A stretch of 64,000 nucleotides of DNA, from positions 10,416,001-10,480,000 of the forward strand of contig OZ024746.1 of NCBI GenBank assembly GCA_964016885.1, written 5' to 3'. A program made the position numbers and the translations under genes. Shown here in pieces: positions 1 through 12,679 of the stretch. Origin of the DNA: Eledone cirrhosa. Its lineage: Eukaryota. Under the pieces are notes generated by a model. That model searched no databases and was not told the DNA's origin. It worked only from the letters and a program-made list of their open reading frames with translations. How positions within the stretch are numbered: the first letter of the stretch is position 1; the number at the start of each line of letters is the position of its first letter.

Positions 1-1265
1 ATTGCGTTAGCTAAAACTGTGTTAACAGTGATTTAGGAGAAAAATGTTGTTTTACCAATAATAATTAAAGCATATAATCATTATTGGCTCAACATGAGTG
101 TTTTTTCCTGTATTCTGTTATAGATTTTTGAGATAAGATAAGATTATAAAGAACAAACAACTTTTGAGATTTCAAGATCTAGTCTAATGAATGCGATACC
201 TACACTATTTCGACTGTAAACACTAACACATTAGTTTATTCTATAGATGTTATTTTGGAAGCACTATATATTGATTATTTGGTGAATTGACATATATTGA
301 CTAAGCAGAGAATTGGTTGGGTCGTTACAGAATAAGACAACATCTTTGACAGTATTTGTTCTGGCTCTCTGCTCTTTGAGTTCAAATCCCAGTGGAGTCA
401 ACTTTGTTTTTTTTTATCCTCTCTTGGTCGATAAAATAAAGTGGGGTGTATTGTTGGAATTGTTAGGTTGTTGGGCGAAGTTCCTCGTGGTATTTGTTCT
501 GGCTCATGATGTTCTGAGTTATTGGGTAACAGACTTAATCTGCTGCCTAGTCCTTGGGTTTCCCTTTTGTAGAGTTCATTCCTTTGCAAGTATTCATGCT
601 AGTTCTCCAGTTTGAAGACACTAAGTCCCTCCCCCAGAGACCCTGTGCTGCCGCGTAAATAAAAAAAGCATTCCTTAATTCTGTAGTAACTGCTTGAACA
701 AATTTCAAATTTGAAACAAAATGTTTTATTTGTTACTACAATTGTTTAAACCCGTTAATATATTTCTAATGAAAGAAAGACACTACCTATGAATTTTCAA
801 AATTATTTGAAAATAATCAAGAATTTGGATAAACTTACTAATATACATAAGTTTCTCGTTATTTATCTGGTATTTGGAACATAACTTAACAAAGGACCTT
901 TCATAGAATTATGATGGAAGGCTTTTAGATAAATATAAACACTTAAAAACAAACAAGTCCATATTGTAAAATCAGGTGCAGAATAGTATCAAAAGTAAGG
1001 TAATTTTTCTGCTATGTGGGGGCAGGCACCCCACGACAAGCTCTTCCATTTTATCCTATTGTCTGTATCTCCATCTTTTGTTGAGCTATCTCTTCATCTA
1101 CTTCTTCTTTTTAGATGAGTTACTGTTAAAATACTCTTAAAATGCTGGACCAATATCAAGGAAGTTACTTAACTCTTTTGACACCAACCTGCCTTAAACC
1201 ACGCCTGGTTCTGTGATACAAAACTGTATTTATCTAAAAACCTTTCAAATACCAGCTTCTTTGCC

Positions 1266-1560
1266 CACTTATTCCTGGGAGGGTCCTCAATCATGCCTTC
1301 CAGCTTGTCCTGTCAGAAGCAACTGTCTTTAACTGATCCAGCTGGATCCTCAAGTGAGATCAGCTGAGCTCATGGATATTATCTAACCCACTACACACTT
1401 ACATATACTATATATACTATATATATATATATATATATAGTATATGTATGTGTAGGCATGTAAGTATGTATACTTACTAGCTTGAGGTCTACCCCTGTGT
1501 CTCCTGCCGGTTGGTTTTTGCCTGTAAAATCTGTCCAGTGATTATTTTACTAAATCCTCC
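1266..1560 (-). mobile_element. 3' fragment of a second RTE family (RTE-2), split by a TA microsatellite
   Basis: Matches 45646-45960, 53840-54055, 61710-62010, 2510-2600 and 2718-2840 (CTTATTCCTGGGAGGGTC...). Confidence 0.7.
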
Positions 1561-1669
1561 TAAATTCCTGATTATATTCAAAAGGATTTGAAATTACACA
1601 ATAAATCAGCTACCCCAAAATAACATTTTCGAAAAATATTCACCACATTTGTTTCCAATAACAAGTATA

Positions 1670-1832
1670 ATTGTTTCTACTTTTGGCACAAGGTCAGCAA
1701 TTACCCAGTGCATTACTGGTACTTTATTTTATTGAGCCTGTAAGGATGAAAGGCAAAGTTAACCTTGGTGGGATTTGAACTCGGAATGGAAAGCAAGGCA
1801 CCCAATCCTCTACCGATACTGCCAATCCACTA
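1670..1832 (-). mobile_element. Same tRNA-derived SINE family, internally deleted copy
   Basis: Reverse complement of most of 5990-6176. Confidence 0.75.
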
Positions 1833-2884
1833 GTATAATGCAGAGATAAAGCCAAAATCTAGTTATATTTGTTTTTGAATTTTTGTTTATGGAGTTGGTC
1901 AGCCAGGAAGAAGGGTCTGTGTCCACAGCCATCACCAAAGCATCTAAACTCTAATGGTCAGATTTACTTTAATGCAAACTCTATGGTAATCTTTCATTTT
2001 AAGTATCATAGAAGTGAAATAACAAAATGGAATATATTGGCACTAGAATGAAACTAAGCAGTGTCTCATCTGTATATGTAAAGTCAAAGGCGAATGATTT
2101 ATTAGTAAAATATGAAAGAAAATGATTATAATTGATATTAATGAATGTACAATCAAATGTCTTGTTATCAGATAAATATCACACAAAAAAGTAAATTCTG
2201 TCTGTCATTTCATCACTGCTAATTATGTTCTATACAATTCTCACACCCAATTGTCATATAATATGCTTGGCTGTTTCTTCAATTTACAGATAAACTTAAC
2301 TGAGTTTCATTTCTGATTATATACAAAGATTGTAGACATTATAACATCAGATTTCTGGCGTAACACTTTAACTCCTGAGCTTCTTCACTAGAATAAAACC
2401 TAACCAAGAGTTTAATGAATGGGAGAATTACATTTATAATATCTCATGTATTTGCAAACATTATTATGGAAACAAAAAGAAAAAGAACTGAGTTCATCTC
2501 TTCTTTTCTCACTTATTCTTGAGAGGGCCTTAGGGGCAGAGTCCTCAAGTACGCCTTCTAGCGGGTCCAGTTAGAAACAACTATCTCCAATTGATTCAAC
2601 TGTAACCAATGACAAATGTTCACAAATGATATTGTATTACACAAAGAAAAAGAGAACTAAAGTGACCACTAAAGTTTAGGAGGAAACTGATTTGAGTTCT
2701 TCTCTTCTTCATCGCCCACTTATTCCTGGGAGAGTCGTGGGGGATAGAGTTCTCTAGCACACTTTCCAAGGGGTCCTGTCAGAAATAACTGTCTCCAATT
2801 AATCCAACTGGATTCTTAAGCGAGACTAACCAAGCTCTGTCATGAAGTAAACACTCCACCTCCTCAGCTGCTGATGGTACTAAT

Positions 2885-3005
2885 TCTTTTAGCTGAGTGA
2901 ACTGGAGCAATGTGAAATGAAGTTTCTTGCTCAAGAACACATGCTAGCCAGTGTAGCAATTGAGCCCACAACTGTATGATTGAGAGTCAAACACTAGGCC
3001 ACAAG
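2885..3005 (-). mobile_element. CORE-like tRNA SINE fragment
   Basis: GGAGCAATGTGAAATGAAGTTTCTTGCTCAAGAACAC is the reverse complement of the CTTGAGCAAGACACTT...CACATTGCTCC core. Confidence 0.65.
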
Positions 3006-4643
3006 TTTCCACATTATGCTGAGATACCCAATCAATAAACCCTGAATAGACTGGTTTTTACTGGATTGAATTTAATTATAGCAAAATTTAACTAAAAATT
3101 GTGTTACAGCTCTGTGGTTAAGTTTTTATTGTAATAAAACAAATAAAGGGTTTGTGTTGAAACACAATCTAGGGACATATTTATATAAGTGCTTAGGGTA
3201 GTGATGCATAACCTCTTTCAGGTGTCCACAAAATTCATAGAGAAGACTTGATGAATTTACTTTTAACTACATAATGTAACCCACTAAGATATAAAACTTT
3301 TAAATTGAGAAATTAATCATGCATTGTATCATGAGGCACGTAAATTTATTTTTGATTTAGGTTTTAGATTGTCTTATGTGCTGATGCCATGATAAAATGC
3401 ACCAAGTACACTCTTTAAAGTAATACTGCTGGCGTCACAATGTAATGCACCCAGTATGCTCTGCAAAGTGACAGTATTGTGCTGCAATTAAATGCACCCA
3501 GTGCACTCTGTAAATTTGTTGTGCTGATGAAAATAAAATGTAGTCATTATGACATCCAGCTGTATAAATCATGCCAAAAATATAATGTATGAGCAAGATG
3601 TTTCCTATAGCCTGTCTAGTCTTGGATTGTGACAACCCATCCATCCATGGGTTGCAGGCATAAAATAATGAAGATAATTATGTAAAAAATTTAGCAACTT
3701 CTTTGCTTTTTATGAAACCTGCTGTGGATCACCAACATTTTGTGTGGGCCATGTTGTATATCATTTAGAAAACATGGCAGTGATTAGAAGATGGGCAAAT
3801 CAAATAATAGAACAAACACTAAAGGTGATGATAATTTTAGATTTGAAATTATATTGGAGGAATATATTGATATAGAAGACTGTTGACTGTTGTATATAAT
3901 GCCTGAAATGTCTTTGGTGATAGCTTTGATCAGGGCTCATCTTGGGTAGAGTGACAACCACATTCTATATTGAAAGAATTCTTTTGTTTCAAATTTCTAA
4001 ATATTTTTCCTGGTTCTCAATTCTCCTGGAGTAATTTTCCTATGCATTGCATGATTCATTCAGTGAATTGGAGCAATGATAATTTATCATTTGATGTCCT
4101 TACTCATGCTAATCCTACATAAAAAACAATCTCTTAACTGTAAGAGTCATTTTTTTTCCTATCCATTTTGCATTCAATATGCTATTTTTAGTGTTCAAGT
4201 ATTAGAACTTTTAATCACCAATCAGATTAGACCATCAACATCTGCCCCTGACTGCACAATATCATTATTTTTCTATGACTTAAACAAGAGGAAATGCAGT
4301 GCATCATAACCTTTTTTAGAGTCTGCCATACATGTGAGAGGGAAGAAAATATCTCAAACTAGAAACCTATCCTGAATGCTTACAACAGAATGAACTCCAC
4401 TAAAGACACTCAATGTCTGGTGGTGGTGTTAAACCAGGCAACAGATTAACCCTTTTCTTAACCATATTTTCAGTGAAATACACTGCCTCTGATTTTAATT
4501 AATTTTGAAAACATACAAAAAAAAAAAAATAGAGGGATTTAGTAAAATAACCTTTTCATTACTAAATTTGTGTTTGGAGCATAACATAACAAATGACCTT
4601 ACATAAAATTATGATGGAAGGTTTTCAGATAGATGTGAATACT

Positions 4644-4855
4644 TTAACCCTTTAGCATTTAAACTGGCCGTATCCGACCGAATATCCTTCCACTTCTTTC
4701 TGTTCAAACCATCTATATAACTGGCCACTAATACTGATGTTGAGGTATTGTTCTCAAAATAGATAATATAAAAATCTCATAGATTCGATATAATGTGAAT
4801 TAAAGCCTTTACCTACAATAATAAATATAAAGTAATGTAAATGGTAAAGTGTTAA
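4644..4855. mobile_element. piggyBac-like MITE family A, nested in a family-B MITE (~4446-4910)
   Basis: TTAA|CCCTTTAGCATT ... AATGGTAAAGTG|TTAA; internal sequence shared with other copies. Confidence 0.8.
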
Positions 4856-5879
4856 AATAAAGAGTTTTGTATCGTAAAATCAGAAGCAGTTTCATGCAGG
4901 TTGTTATAAAAACAAAAATAAAACCACGGTGTGATTTGAACTAGGAACACAAGACCTGGAACAAATATTGCTAAACATCCCATTAGATGCTGTAATAATT
5001 CTGCCATTCCACCACCTTACCTTATTTATTGATTCTAGGAGAATCAAAGGAAAAGTTGACCTTGCTAATATTTCCACTCAGAAAGCAAGAAGCTTAATAA
5101 ATACATGCCTAACATGTCTGCCAAATTGCAATGGATGTGAAATGAGTAAAGTGTTGGCTCTCAGTGAGTTAAGATCCAGCCACTCACCTGATCGCAAAGC
5201 TTACATAATTTACAGCCTATCTTCCCACTTGTATACTGAATATAACCATTATTCTAATGGTAATACCTTTTTTTAACTCCTTTTTGGTTCAAAATTTTGT
5301 AGCAATTTTATTGATTTCTACCTGATAGCTTAATTATGCATAAAAATGAGCCAACAAAGGAACGTCTATGTGGTCACTTAGCCAGTTAAAAATAGCAACT
5401 GTTTCTCAAACCACACTCTGCCATCTTAAGAAGGAAGGGGCCATCCTCTAAAATGACAGAATCGTTACGGTTGAATGCCTTTGATCAGAAATCTGCTCAA
5501 TCAAGTATGACTTGAAGCTAAACATCAACAACTACATATAATAGTTGGTGTATTATTGTTATTATTAGAAGTATTACAGTCAATATAACTGACTTTTCCT
5601 TCTCAAATTGCTGGTCTTCTGCTGCCTCAATCATAAACCTTATTATTAGCAAATTCAAGATTGTAGAATTAGTAGAGAGCCTGATGGCTAGTGGATTTAG
5701 TCACAGCCATCTATGTTCTAAGTTCTAATTCTGTTCTAATTCTGCCAGGGTTGACTTTGCCTTTCTTCATCCAACTAACAATAGCTTTCTTTGAACACAT
5801 GTTAAGAAATTATTATTTTTAGTTTCACCACAGAGCAATAATACCTATTGTCTTTGTGTACTGCTAAAGTCAATATATT

Positions 5880-6296
5880 TTAGCCCTTTAGCATTTAAAT
5901 TACTCTCTATATACTATTGTATTTTTATGGTAAAGGCTTTATATTACATAACATCGACTCTATGAGATTTTGATATTATTTATTTTGAGGGCGGTGGATT
6001 GGCAGTATCGGTAGAGAGTCGGACGCCATGCTTTGCAGCATAGAGTTACGGCCCTTTATGATCTGAGTTCAAATCCCGCCGAGGTTAACTTTGCCTTTCA
6101 TCCTTACGGGGTTGATAAAATAAAGTACCAGTAATGCACTGAGTAATTGCTGGCCTTGTGCCAAAAGTAGAAACGGTTATTTATTTTGAGAACAATACCT
6201 TAACATTGGTATGAGGGGTCGGTTATGGCTGGTTTGAACAGAAAGGGGTGAGAGAATTTTGGCCAGATATGGCTGGTTTAAATGCTAAAGGGTTAA
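5880..6296. mobile_element. MITE family A interrupted by a SINE
   Basis: CCCTTTAGCATTTAAA ... TTTAAATGCTAAAGGG|TTAA; SINE at 5990-6176. Confidence 0.85.
5990..6176 (+). mobile_element. tRNA-derived SINE with MetaSINE-like core, young copy
   Basis: A-box-like TGGCAGTATCGG, B-box GAGTTCAAATCC, core GCCTTTCATCCTTACGGGGTTGATAAAATAAAGTACCAG. 14-bp TSD TTATTTATTTTGAG at 5976-5989 and 6177-6190. Confidence 0.88.
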
Positions 6297-6454
6297 AGTA
6301 AATAATTCCATGAAAAACCTTTTTTGGGATTAGTAATGTGTCTGGTTATTTCAAATAGAATGAAAATAAGATTTGAATATACAGATCACCAATAACTAAT
6401 ATAACTGTTTAGTAACACCAACACTTTGATAATGGATACTATTGTACCTTTCTG

Positions 6455-6765
6455 TGTGTATGTATACATGCACACATGCTTGTATATGTGTATATATACA
6501 TGTATACATACACACATGCATGTATACATACACACCTGCATGTATACATGCACACATGCATGTATACATACACACATGCATGTATACATACATGTGTATA
6601 TATATACACATGCATGTATACATACACGTGTGTATATACACATGCATGCATGCATGCATACATACACACATATGTATGTATACACACATACACACGTGCA
6701 TGTATACATACACATATATATGTATACATACACATATATATGTATACATACACATATATATGTAT
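6455..6765. repeat. Purine-pyrimidine minisatellite (TGTATACATACACACA-type), left flank of the RTE
   Basis: Direct reading; the same repeat resumes at 10344-10460. Confidence 0.9.
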
Positions 6766-9700
6766 CATCATCACCGTTTTACGTCCGTTCTTCCACGCTA
6801 GCATGGGTTAGACGGGTTGTCCTGTTGTGGGCAGTGTCTGGTCGGCTGACCATGCCTTGCTCATACAGGAACTGATCTGGCTTGATTTCTACAGCTGGAT
6901 GCCCTTCCTAACACCAACCTCATTTACAGTGAGTGCTGGGTGCTTTTTCGTGGCGCCTACACGTCCACTTTACAGTGTGGGCTGGGTGCTTTTTTGCCGT
7001 GGCACCTCCACGACCACCTTGCGGTGGGGGGGGGGGCATATTGTTTATATGCTTCAGCATGTACCCATGGGAGGTCGGGTACCCTGTATTACTGCGTGAC
7101 GCCAGAAGTCACGGTCGTGTGTCATTGACTTTGAGAGGTGTAGTTGGGTAAGGTCGGCTTTTATCACCTCATCCCAAGTCATCTTGGGTCTCCCCACTCC
7201 GCGGTTTCCATCAACTTCTAGTGCTCTGCACCTTTTTATGCAGCTGTCATCCTTCATACGCATCACATGTCCATACCAGCGTAACCGCCTCTCCTGCACG
7301 CAGCATTTGATTCCTCTTATGCTCAGTCTCTCTCTCAATTCATTTATGCTTTGTCGTTCACGTATATTACTGTTACACATCCATCGGAGCATGCAGGCTT
7401 CGTTTCTCTCTAATCTACGTAAGTCTTCCACCTTCAGCGCCCAGGTCTCACTACCATGCAACATCGCTGTTCGGATACACGCATCATACAGTCTGCCTTT
7501 CATTCTGAGGGAGAAGCCTTTTGCAGCTAGCAGTGGTAGTAGTTCCCTAAACTTCTTCCATCCCGTTCTTACCCTAGTTATTGTACTTTCTGAGCACCCA
7601 CCTCCGTTGCTAATTCGGTCACCTAGGTAGCAGAAGCTGTCTACTGTTTCTACAGGGCCCTCCCAGAGATTGGTGGTACTTGTTTCCTGTGGCTGTTTGC
7701 TTGCTGTTTCAGCACAGCTGCTGCATGTGAATCCTACATTCTTAATTAAGCTTCCTGAGATCCCGCTACATCTCTTGTGTACCCATTGTTTGCATTTGGG
7801 GCAAAGAATGGAGTTCCTACCTACACCTTTCCTACATACTGAGCAAGGCCATTTCCCTGAGGGGATCTGGGTTCTGTTTTCTCGTCTACTTATAAGGACC
7901 TTAGTCTTTGTCATGTTGACTTTGAGGCCCTTTCTCTCTAGTCCCTGCTTCCAGGTTTGGAATTTATTCTCTAGTTCTACCATAGATTCAGCTATGAGTG
8001 CGAGGTCATCAGCATACAGGAGTTCCCATGGGCATCCGGTCTTAAACTCCTCCGTTATTGCCTGCAGGACTATGATGAACAGGAGAGGGCTAAGAACAGA
8101 GCCCTGGTGGACCCCAACCTGTACGCTAAATTCCTCGCTATACTCATTGCCAATCCTAACTTTGCTGACTGCTCCCCTATACATGGCTTGTACCGCTTTC
8201 ACAAGCCATTCATCTACTCCTAGTTTTCTAAGAGCCCACCAGATTACTGCACGTGGAACTCTGTCAAAGGCTTTCTCAAGGTCGACAAATGCCAAGTAGA
8301 GTGGCTTACTTTTAGCTAGGTACTTTTCCTGTAATTGCCTCACAAGGAAGAGCGCATCAGTGGTGCCTTTCCCTGGAACAAACCCAAATTGCATCTCGTC
8401 TATATTCACCCGGTCCCTAATCAGCTGTGCTATAACTCTTTCTGTTACTTTCATGACCTGGTCCATCAACTTTATACCTCTATAGTTTCCTCTATCTAGT
8501 GCATCGCCTTTACCTTTGTAGCAGTTGACAATGATGCTACTGCACCAATCTTTTGGTATGGCCCCCTCTAGTATTACCTGGTTAACGATACGTGTGGTTA
8601 TAGTGTGACCTACAGACCCAGATGCCTTCAGCATCTCGGCAGCTATACCCGATGGACCGGTTGCCTTCCCTATCTTCATATCTCTGATTGCCTTACTTAC
8701 TACGCTGCCGCTGACTTGTACTCCTGGTCCCTCTATAGGGTCTACGTGGGGTAGGGTCTCTTCTTCCCATGCATTCTCCTCATTTAGTAATCTATCATAA
8801 TGACTCTTCCATGCATCTTTCTTCTCAGCACTTGTGAGGGCAAGCTCACCTTTATCATTCCGGATACACTTCTCTCCAATGACATCACAACTATCTCTGA
8901 CACACTGCCTCGCAATCTTGAATACCTCCTGTTTCTGGTCCTCACGTTGTAAAACATGCTTGAATTTTCTATCCTCTGCTTCCCTCCTAGCTAAGTATAC
9001 TTGTCGCCTAGCTTCCCTCTTGGTCTCTATGTAATGTACCCTGCTCCCCCCGTTCTTCCATTCTTTCCATGCCTGTCTCTTGGCCTTGACTGCTTCATCT
9101 ACCTTATTGTTCCACCACCAAGTCACTCTCCTCCTGCTTGAGGTCTTACTCCAGCCACAAACCTCATCCGTCGCCTCTAGTAAGTTATTTTTTAGGAACT
9201 CCCAGTTCTCTTCTACGTTAAATGTCTCTATCTGTTCTTCTTTACTGTCGTAGGCGTTGAGTAAAATATCTTTAAATCTGTTACTGGTTGAGGGGACTTT
9301 CAGCTTCCAGATCTTTCTTCTCCAGGTTGGCCTCTGTTTCAGGGCTCGTCTAGTTCTGACCGTGAGGTCGCTGACAACTAAGCTATGTTGGGATGTACAT
9401 TCCTCACTAGGGAAGGCTTTTGTGTTTACGACCGTCCATCTGTCACGTCCTCTGATGAGGATAAAATCTAACTGACTAGAGTGCTCCCCTGATCTATAGG
9501 TGATCAGGTGGTTGTCGGGTTTTTTAAAGTTTGTGTTACATATCGACATGTCATTGGCGTCGCAGAATTCTAGAAGTCTGAATCCTTCCTCATTCCTTGT
9601 GCCAACTCCATGGCCTCCATGTACTCTATTGAAGCCGTCGCAGTGTTTACCTACGTGTCCGTTAAAATCTCCTGCAATGATTAGGAAGTCCTTGTCGTCT

Positions 9701-10343
9701 GTTAGAGCAGTAGTGTGTATTAGGGACTCGTAAAACCTATCCTTAAGTTCGTCTGGCAGCCCCGATTGGGGTGCGTAAGCTGATATTATTGTGGTAATTG
9801 TCTTATTCAGGACTAGTCTGAGTTTAATGATTCTTGCATTTACCCTGTACACTGAGATTACTTTATCTACCCACTTGTCAGCTAATAGTATACCTACACC
9901 ACCCATCCCATCGTCATTTCCCACCCAGAAAAATTTGTAGCACTGGCTTTTTCCTACAAGGACTCTAGCAGACCCTCCTCTCCATCTAGTCTCTTGCACA
10001 CAGCATACATCAACTTCCTTTCGCTCTAGCATTTCTACGATTTCTCCTGCTCTTCCTTTCATTGAGCCTACATTGATGGTACCAACTCGGAGTTTTGGGC
10101 ATTTGTCGACACTCGTAGGGGAGGGTCTCTGGGTTGGCGCTTCACGTGGGTGCTTGGTAGCTCGCAGATTCATATTTCATCTATTGATTCAGAGTTGCTC
10201 GTGTATTCCCAGCTCATCCATCCCTAACGGTGGGAAAATTGAGGGCTAGAAGGACAGTGGTGGTGGGGTAATGGCAGGGTGTGTTGGGATGCGCCAGAGG
10301 AGGAGAGAGTTAGTTAGGCAGGTAGTAGCAGCAGCAGCAGTGG
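6766..10343 (-). mobile_element. Apparently full-length RTE-clade LINE with (GAT)n 3' tail and 18-bp TSD
   Basis: Single APE+RT ORF. 3' UTR with ~45-bp tandem units, ending in CATCATCACC on +. ATACACATATATATGTAT flanks both ends (6748-6765 and 10344-10361), although this lies within a minisatellite so the TSD length is ambiguous. Confidence 0.93.
7054..10173 (-). CDS. RTE LINE polyprotein: AP endonuclease, reverse transcriptase and embedded C4HC3 (PHD-like) finger
   Basis: 1039-aa intact ORF. APE motifs GTINVGSM, VQETRW, SAYAPQ, AGDFNGH, QLDFIL, SQHSLV. RT motifs KGKGD, QFGF, FVDLEKAFDRV, GVHQGSVLSP, YADD, FCYLG. RTE-type C-terminus RRLRWYGHV...GRPKMTW. Confidence 0.97.
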   Translation of the reverse strand: MNLRATKHPREAPTQRPSPTSVDKCPKLRVGTINVGSMKGRAGEIVEMLERKEVDVCCVQETRWRGGSARVLVGKSQCYKFFWVGNDDGMGGVGILLADKWVDKVISVYRVNARIIKLRLVLNKTITTIISAYAPQSGLPDELKDRFYESLIHTTALTDDKDFLIIAGDFNGHVGKHCDGFNRVHGGHGVGTRNEEGFRLLEFCDANDMSICNTNFKKPDNHLITYRSGEHSSQLDFILIRGRDRWTVVNTKAFPSEECTSQHSLVVSDLTVRTRRALKQRPTWRRKIWKLKVPSTSNRFKDILLNAYDSKEEQIETFNVEENWEFLKNNLLEATDEVCGWSKTSSRRRVTWWWNNKVDEAVKAKRQAWKEWKNGGSRVHYIETKREARRQVYLARREAEDRKFKHVLQREDQKQEVFKIARQCVRDSCDVIGEKCIRNDKGELALTSAEKKDAWKSHYDRLLNEENAWEEETLPHVDPIEGPGVQVSGSVVSKAIRDMKIGKATGPSGIAAEMLKASGSVGHTITTRIVNQVILEGAIPKDWCSSIIVNCYKGKGDALDRGNYRGIKLMDQVMKVTERVIAQLIRDRVNIDEMQFGFVPGKGTTDALFLVRQLQEKYLAKSKPLYLAFVDLEKAFDRVPRAVIWWALRKLGVDEWLVKAVQAMYRGAVSKVRIGNEYSEEFSVQVGVHQGSVLSPLLFIIVLQAITEEFKTGCPWELLYADDLALIAESMVELENKFQTWKQGLERKGLKVNMTKTKVLISRRENRTQIPSGKWPCSVCRKGVGRNSILCPKCKQWVHKRCSGISGSLIKNVGFTCSSCAETASKQPQETSTTNLWEGPVETVDSFCYLGDRISNGGGCSESTITRVRTGWKKFRELLPLLAAKGFSLRMKGRLYDACIRTAMLHGSETWALKVEDLRRLERNEACMLRWMCNSNIRERQSINELRERLSIRGIKCCVQERRLRWYGHVMRMKDDSCIKRCRALEVDGNRGVGRPKMTWDEVIKADLTQLHLSKSMTHDRDFWRHAVIQGTRPPMGTC

Positions 10344-10819
10344 ATACACATATATATGTATACATACACACATATATGTATACATACACACATATATGTA
10401 TACATACACACATGCATGTATACATACACACATGCATGTATACATACACACATGCACTCATGCATCTCTCCCCTTTGTATAATTCCTTTGTCATCTCCTT
10501 TGTAAAGTGTAGTTTCTTGAGATCAGCTTTTACTATCTCTCTTTTATTAAAGAAGATTTGGGCAGAAGTAATTGGGACACCATTGTGTCACACAGTGTTT
10601 CTTGGCCATTTAAAGCTGCCAGAGTTCATCCTGCTCTAGGTTTGACCACAGCCGATTTCTTCCAAGGAGAGAAAGAGAGATGGTAAAAAAGATAAAGAAA
10701 GCAAGATAGAAGATTCAAACTCAATAACGGATGCAAGCAAGACTGACCCTTCTTGGATTTGAGCTGGAATGTATACTGTAAAGTATTCTATTCAACGACT
10801 ATTCTACATTATTTCATAG

Positions 10820-11070
10820 AGGTTGCATAGACTAGTAGTAAGGGTGTGGGACTTATGATCATAATGTTGTGGGTTTGATTCCTGGGCTTGGTTGTGTGTT
10901 GTGTTCTTGATCAAAACACTTCATTTCACATTGCTCCAGAGTACTAGCAATAGTTGGGCATTTAACCCTGTGATGGACCGGTGTCCTGTCTTGTACTCTC
11001 AGTTGCTTCATGCCACAAACCTAGGATAAACACTGGCCTGAGGAGTCTCTTGGCTTGAGACAGACTTTAG
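10820..11070 (+). mobile_element. CORE-like tRNA SINE
   Basis: tRNA-like head (TAGTAGTAAGGG...GGTTTGATTCC), core TTCTTGATCAAAACACTTCATTTCACATTGCTCCAG. Relatives at ~47830, ~51100(-), ~57445, ~58320(-) and ~60695. Confidence 0.7.
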
Positions 11071-11247
11071 ACTAGACTTATATTATTGCTGCTTATTTGA
11101 TTATTTCTAGTATTGATAAAATATAAATAGAAGGTCATAACAACCTTATCTAGATTTCAGCTGAGAAACCTAAATACTATATAGCATCTAATTTAACTAT
11201 CATTTGTTCTATTTTCAATCCTTTTAATTGTGTAGAAATGGTTTTGG

Positions 11248-11487
11248 TTAACCCTTTAGTTTACCAATCTGGCCAAAACCAGCTCTGGTTCTAGGAAATA
11301 AAGTCACCCATTTTAAAGGCTTCCAATTTAAATTAAAATATTCCAACATAATTTTATATAAGACCCTTACATTAAGTTCACTGTCTTAGTAATGAAATAA
11401 TTAATAATTTTAGTAAATCCCTCAAAATTCTCTATTAATTGATTAGAATAGTGTATTTCACTAAAAATGTGGTCATGAAAGGGTTAA
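11248..11487. mobile_element. TTAA-flanked piggyBac-like MITE related to family B
   Basis: TTAA|CCCTTT ... AAAGGG|TTAA; reverse-oriented copy at ~55100-55323. Confidence 0.8.
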
Positions 11488-11676
11488 TCTATTGCAGAAG
11501 GAAAACATTTATATAATCTGTTATCTTAGATACTAAGATAGAAGAAATTGTAATTAAAAAGATAATCTTTTATATTAAATTTTGTTTACAATTTAAGTGG
11601 GATTTATAAATTCTTTCATATATTTGTTGTCATTGTATATTTTTAATCTATTCTCTCCCTAACAAATTGAACAAAG

Positions 11677-11860
11677 AGGGAATATGTGTGGCTGACCAAC
11701 CTGCTAGAAATAGCAGTCAAATTCCTTCAAGTCATACCTTACTTTCGTAAAAAGGAAGGACACATTGTTAAATGTAGTTCTAGATATATAAAATGTCTAA
11801 ATGGTTACAATTGGAATGCCTTTGGTCATAAGTCTGCTGATCTGGGGCTAGTCAACAACA
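11677..11860 (+). mobile_element. Dispersed (CAA)n-tailed retroposon fragment
   Basis: CCTGCTAGAAATAGCAG...GGAATGCCTTTG...CTGGGGCTA...CAACAAC. Relatives at ~5360-5533, ~30216-30430, ~49060-49255(-) and ~49678-49800(-). Confidence 0.6.
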
Positions 11861-12292
11861 CTTAGAAAAAGATTTTTTACGAATTTTATGATGTAAGTGA
11901 AATCTGTGTAATATTCACCCCCAAAGTGAAACTGGTGTAATATTTATCTCCAAAACAAAAATATTTTAGCACCTTATTTACATAGAATTTTGAAGTTGGT
12001 GAAAATCGGCAAAATATTGACTTCAAATATAAGCCGACCCCTTTTACCATCGATTTATTTTGTCACATATTTCTCGGCTTATATACAAGTATATACAGTA
12101 TTTATTTTGGCTTAGAGACCAAGCACTTAATTTATACACACAGTAAGATATTATTTTTTTAGCAGTTTAACAAACCTATAAAGTAAAAAAAATTGTAATT
12201 GTCAGATAAAAGTTGTTTCTCTACTTGGGCAACTTTTTTAAAATTGATTTTGTCTATGGAATTAGGAAGATATTGTTCTTCAATTGCATTTA

Positions 12293-12497
12293 TCAACTCT
12301 TAACATCCTGTTTCACATGAAACCACATTAGCAAGACATCCTTGAAGAATACAAAACATTTAAACATTCAAGTCTTTACTTGAATTTACTGCAAATTTTC
12401 ACAACAGTCTGTCCAGTAGGAATAACACTATTAAACATTTGAATCAATCAACCAGTTTTTAGATGTTTTCTGCTAAATCATTACAAGATGTTAAGCA
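12293..12497. mobile_element. TTAA-type MITE family C
   Basis: CTCTTAACATCCTG ... CAAGATGTTAAG; further copies at 48403-48615 and ~50076-50264. Confidence 0.65.
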
Positions 12498-12638
12498 TTA
12501 AATAAATATTACTAATGATATTTTCCAAGATAGACTTATATGATATGGAAACATATTCACTACTGCAAAGATCAGATAGAAGATTTCCTTCGAATAAAAC
12601 AGTTCTAGTCCTGTAGAAGCCATTTCTATATTAAAAAA

Positions 12639-12677
<39 letters not shown>

Positions 12678-12679
<2 letters not shown>

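Noticed and set aside
5990-6085. tRNA gene
   Set aside because: A/B boxes are present, but the sequence continues into a SINE core and tail with a TSD, and no full cloverleaf is evident.
6386-6875. Cys/His-rich ORFs
   Set aside because: Translations of the purine-pyrimidine minisatellite.
7184-9733. Plus-strand ORFs overlapping the LINE
   Set aside because: Antisense shadows of the RTE ORF.
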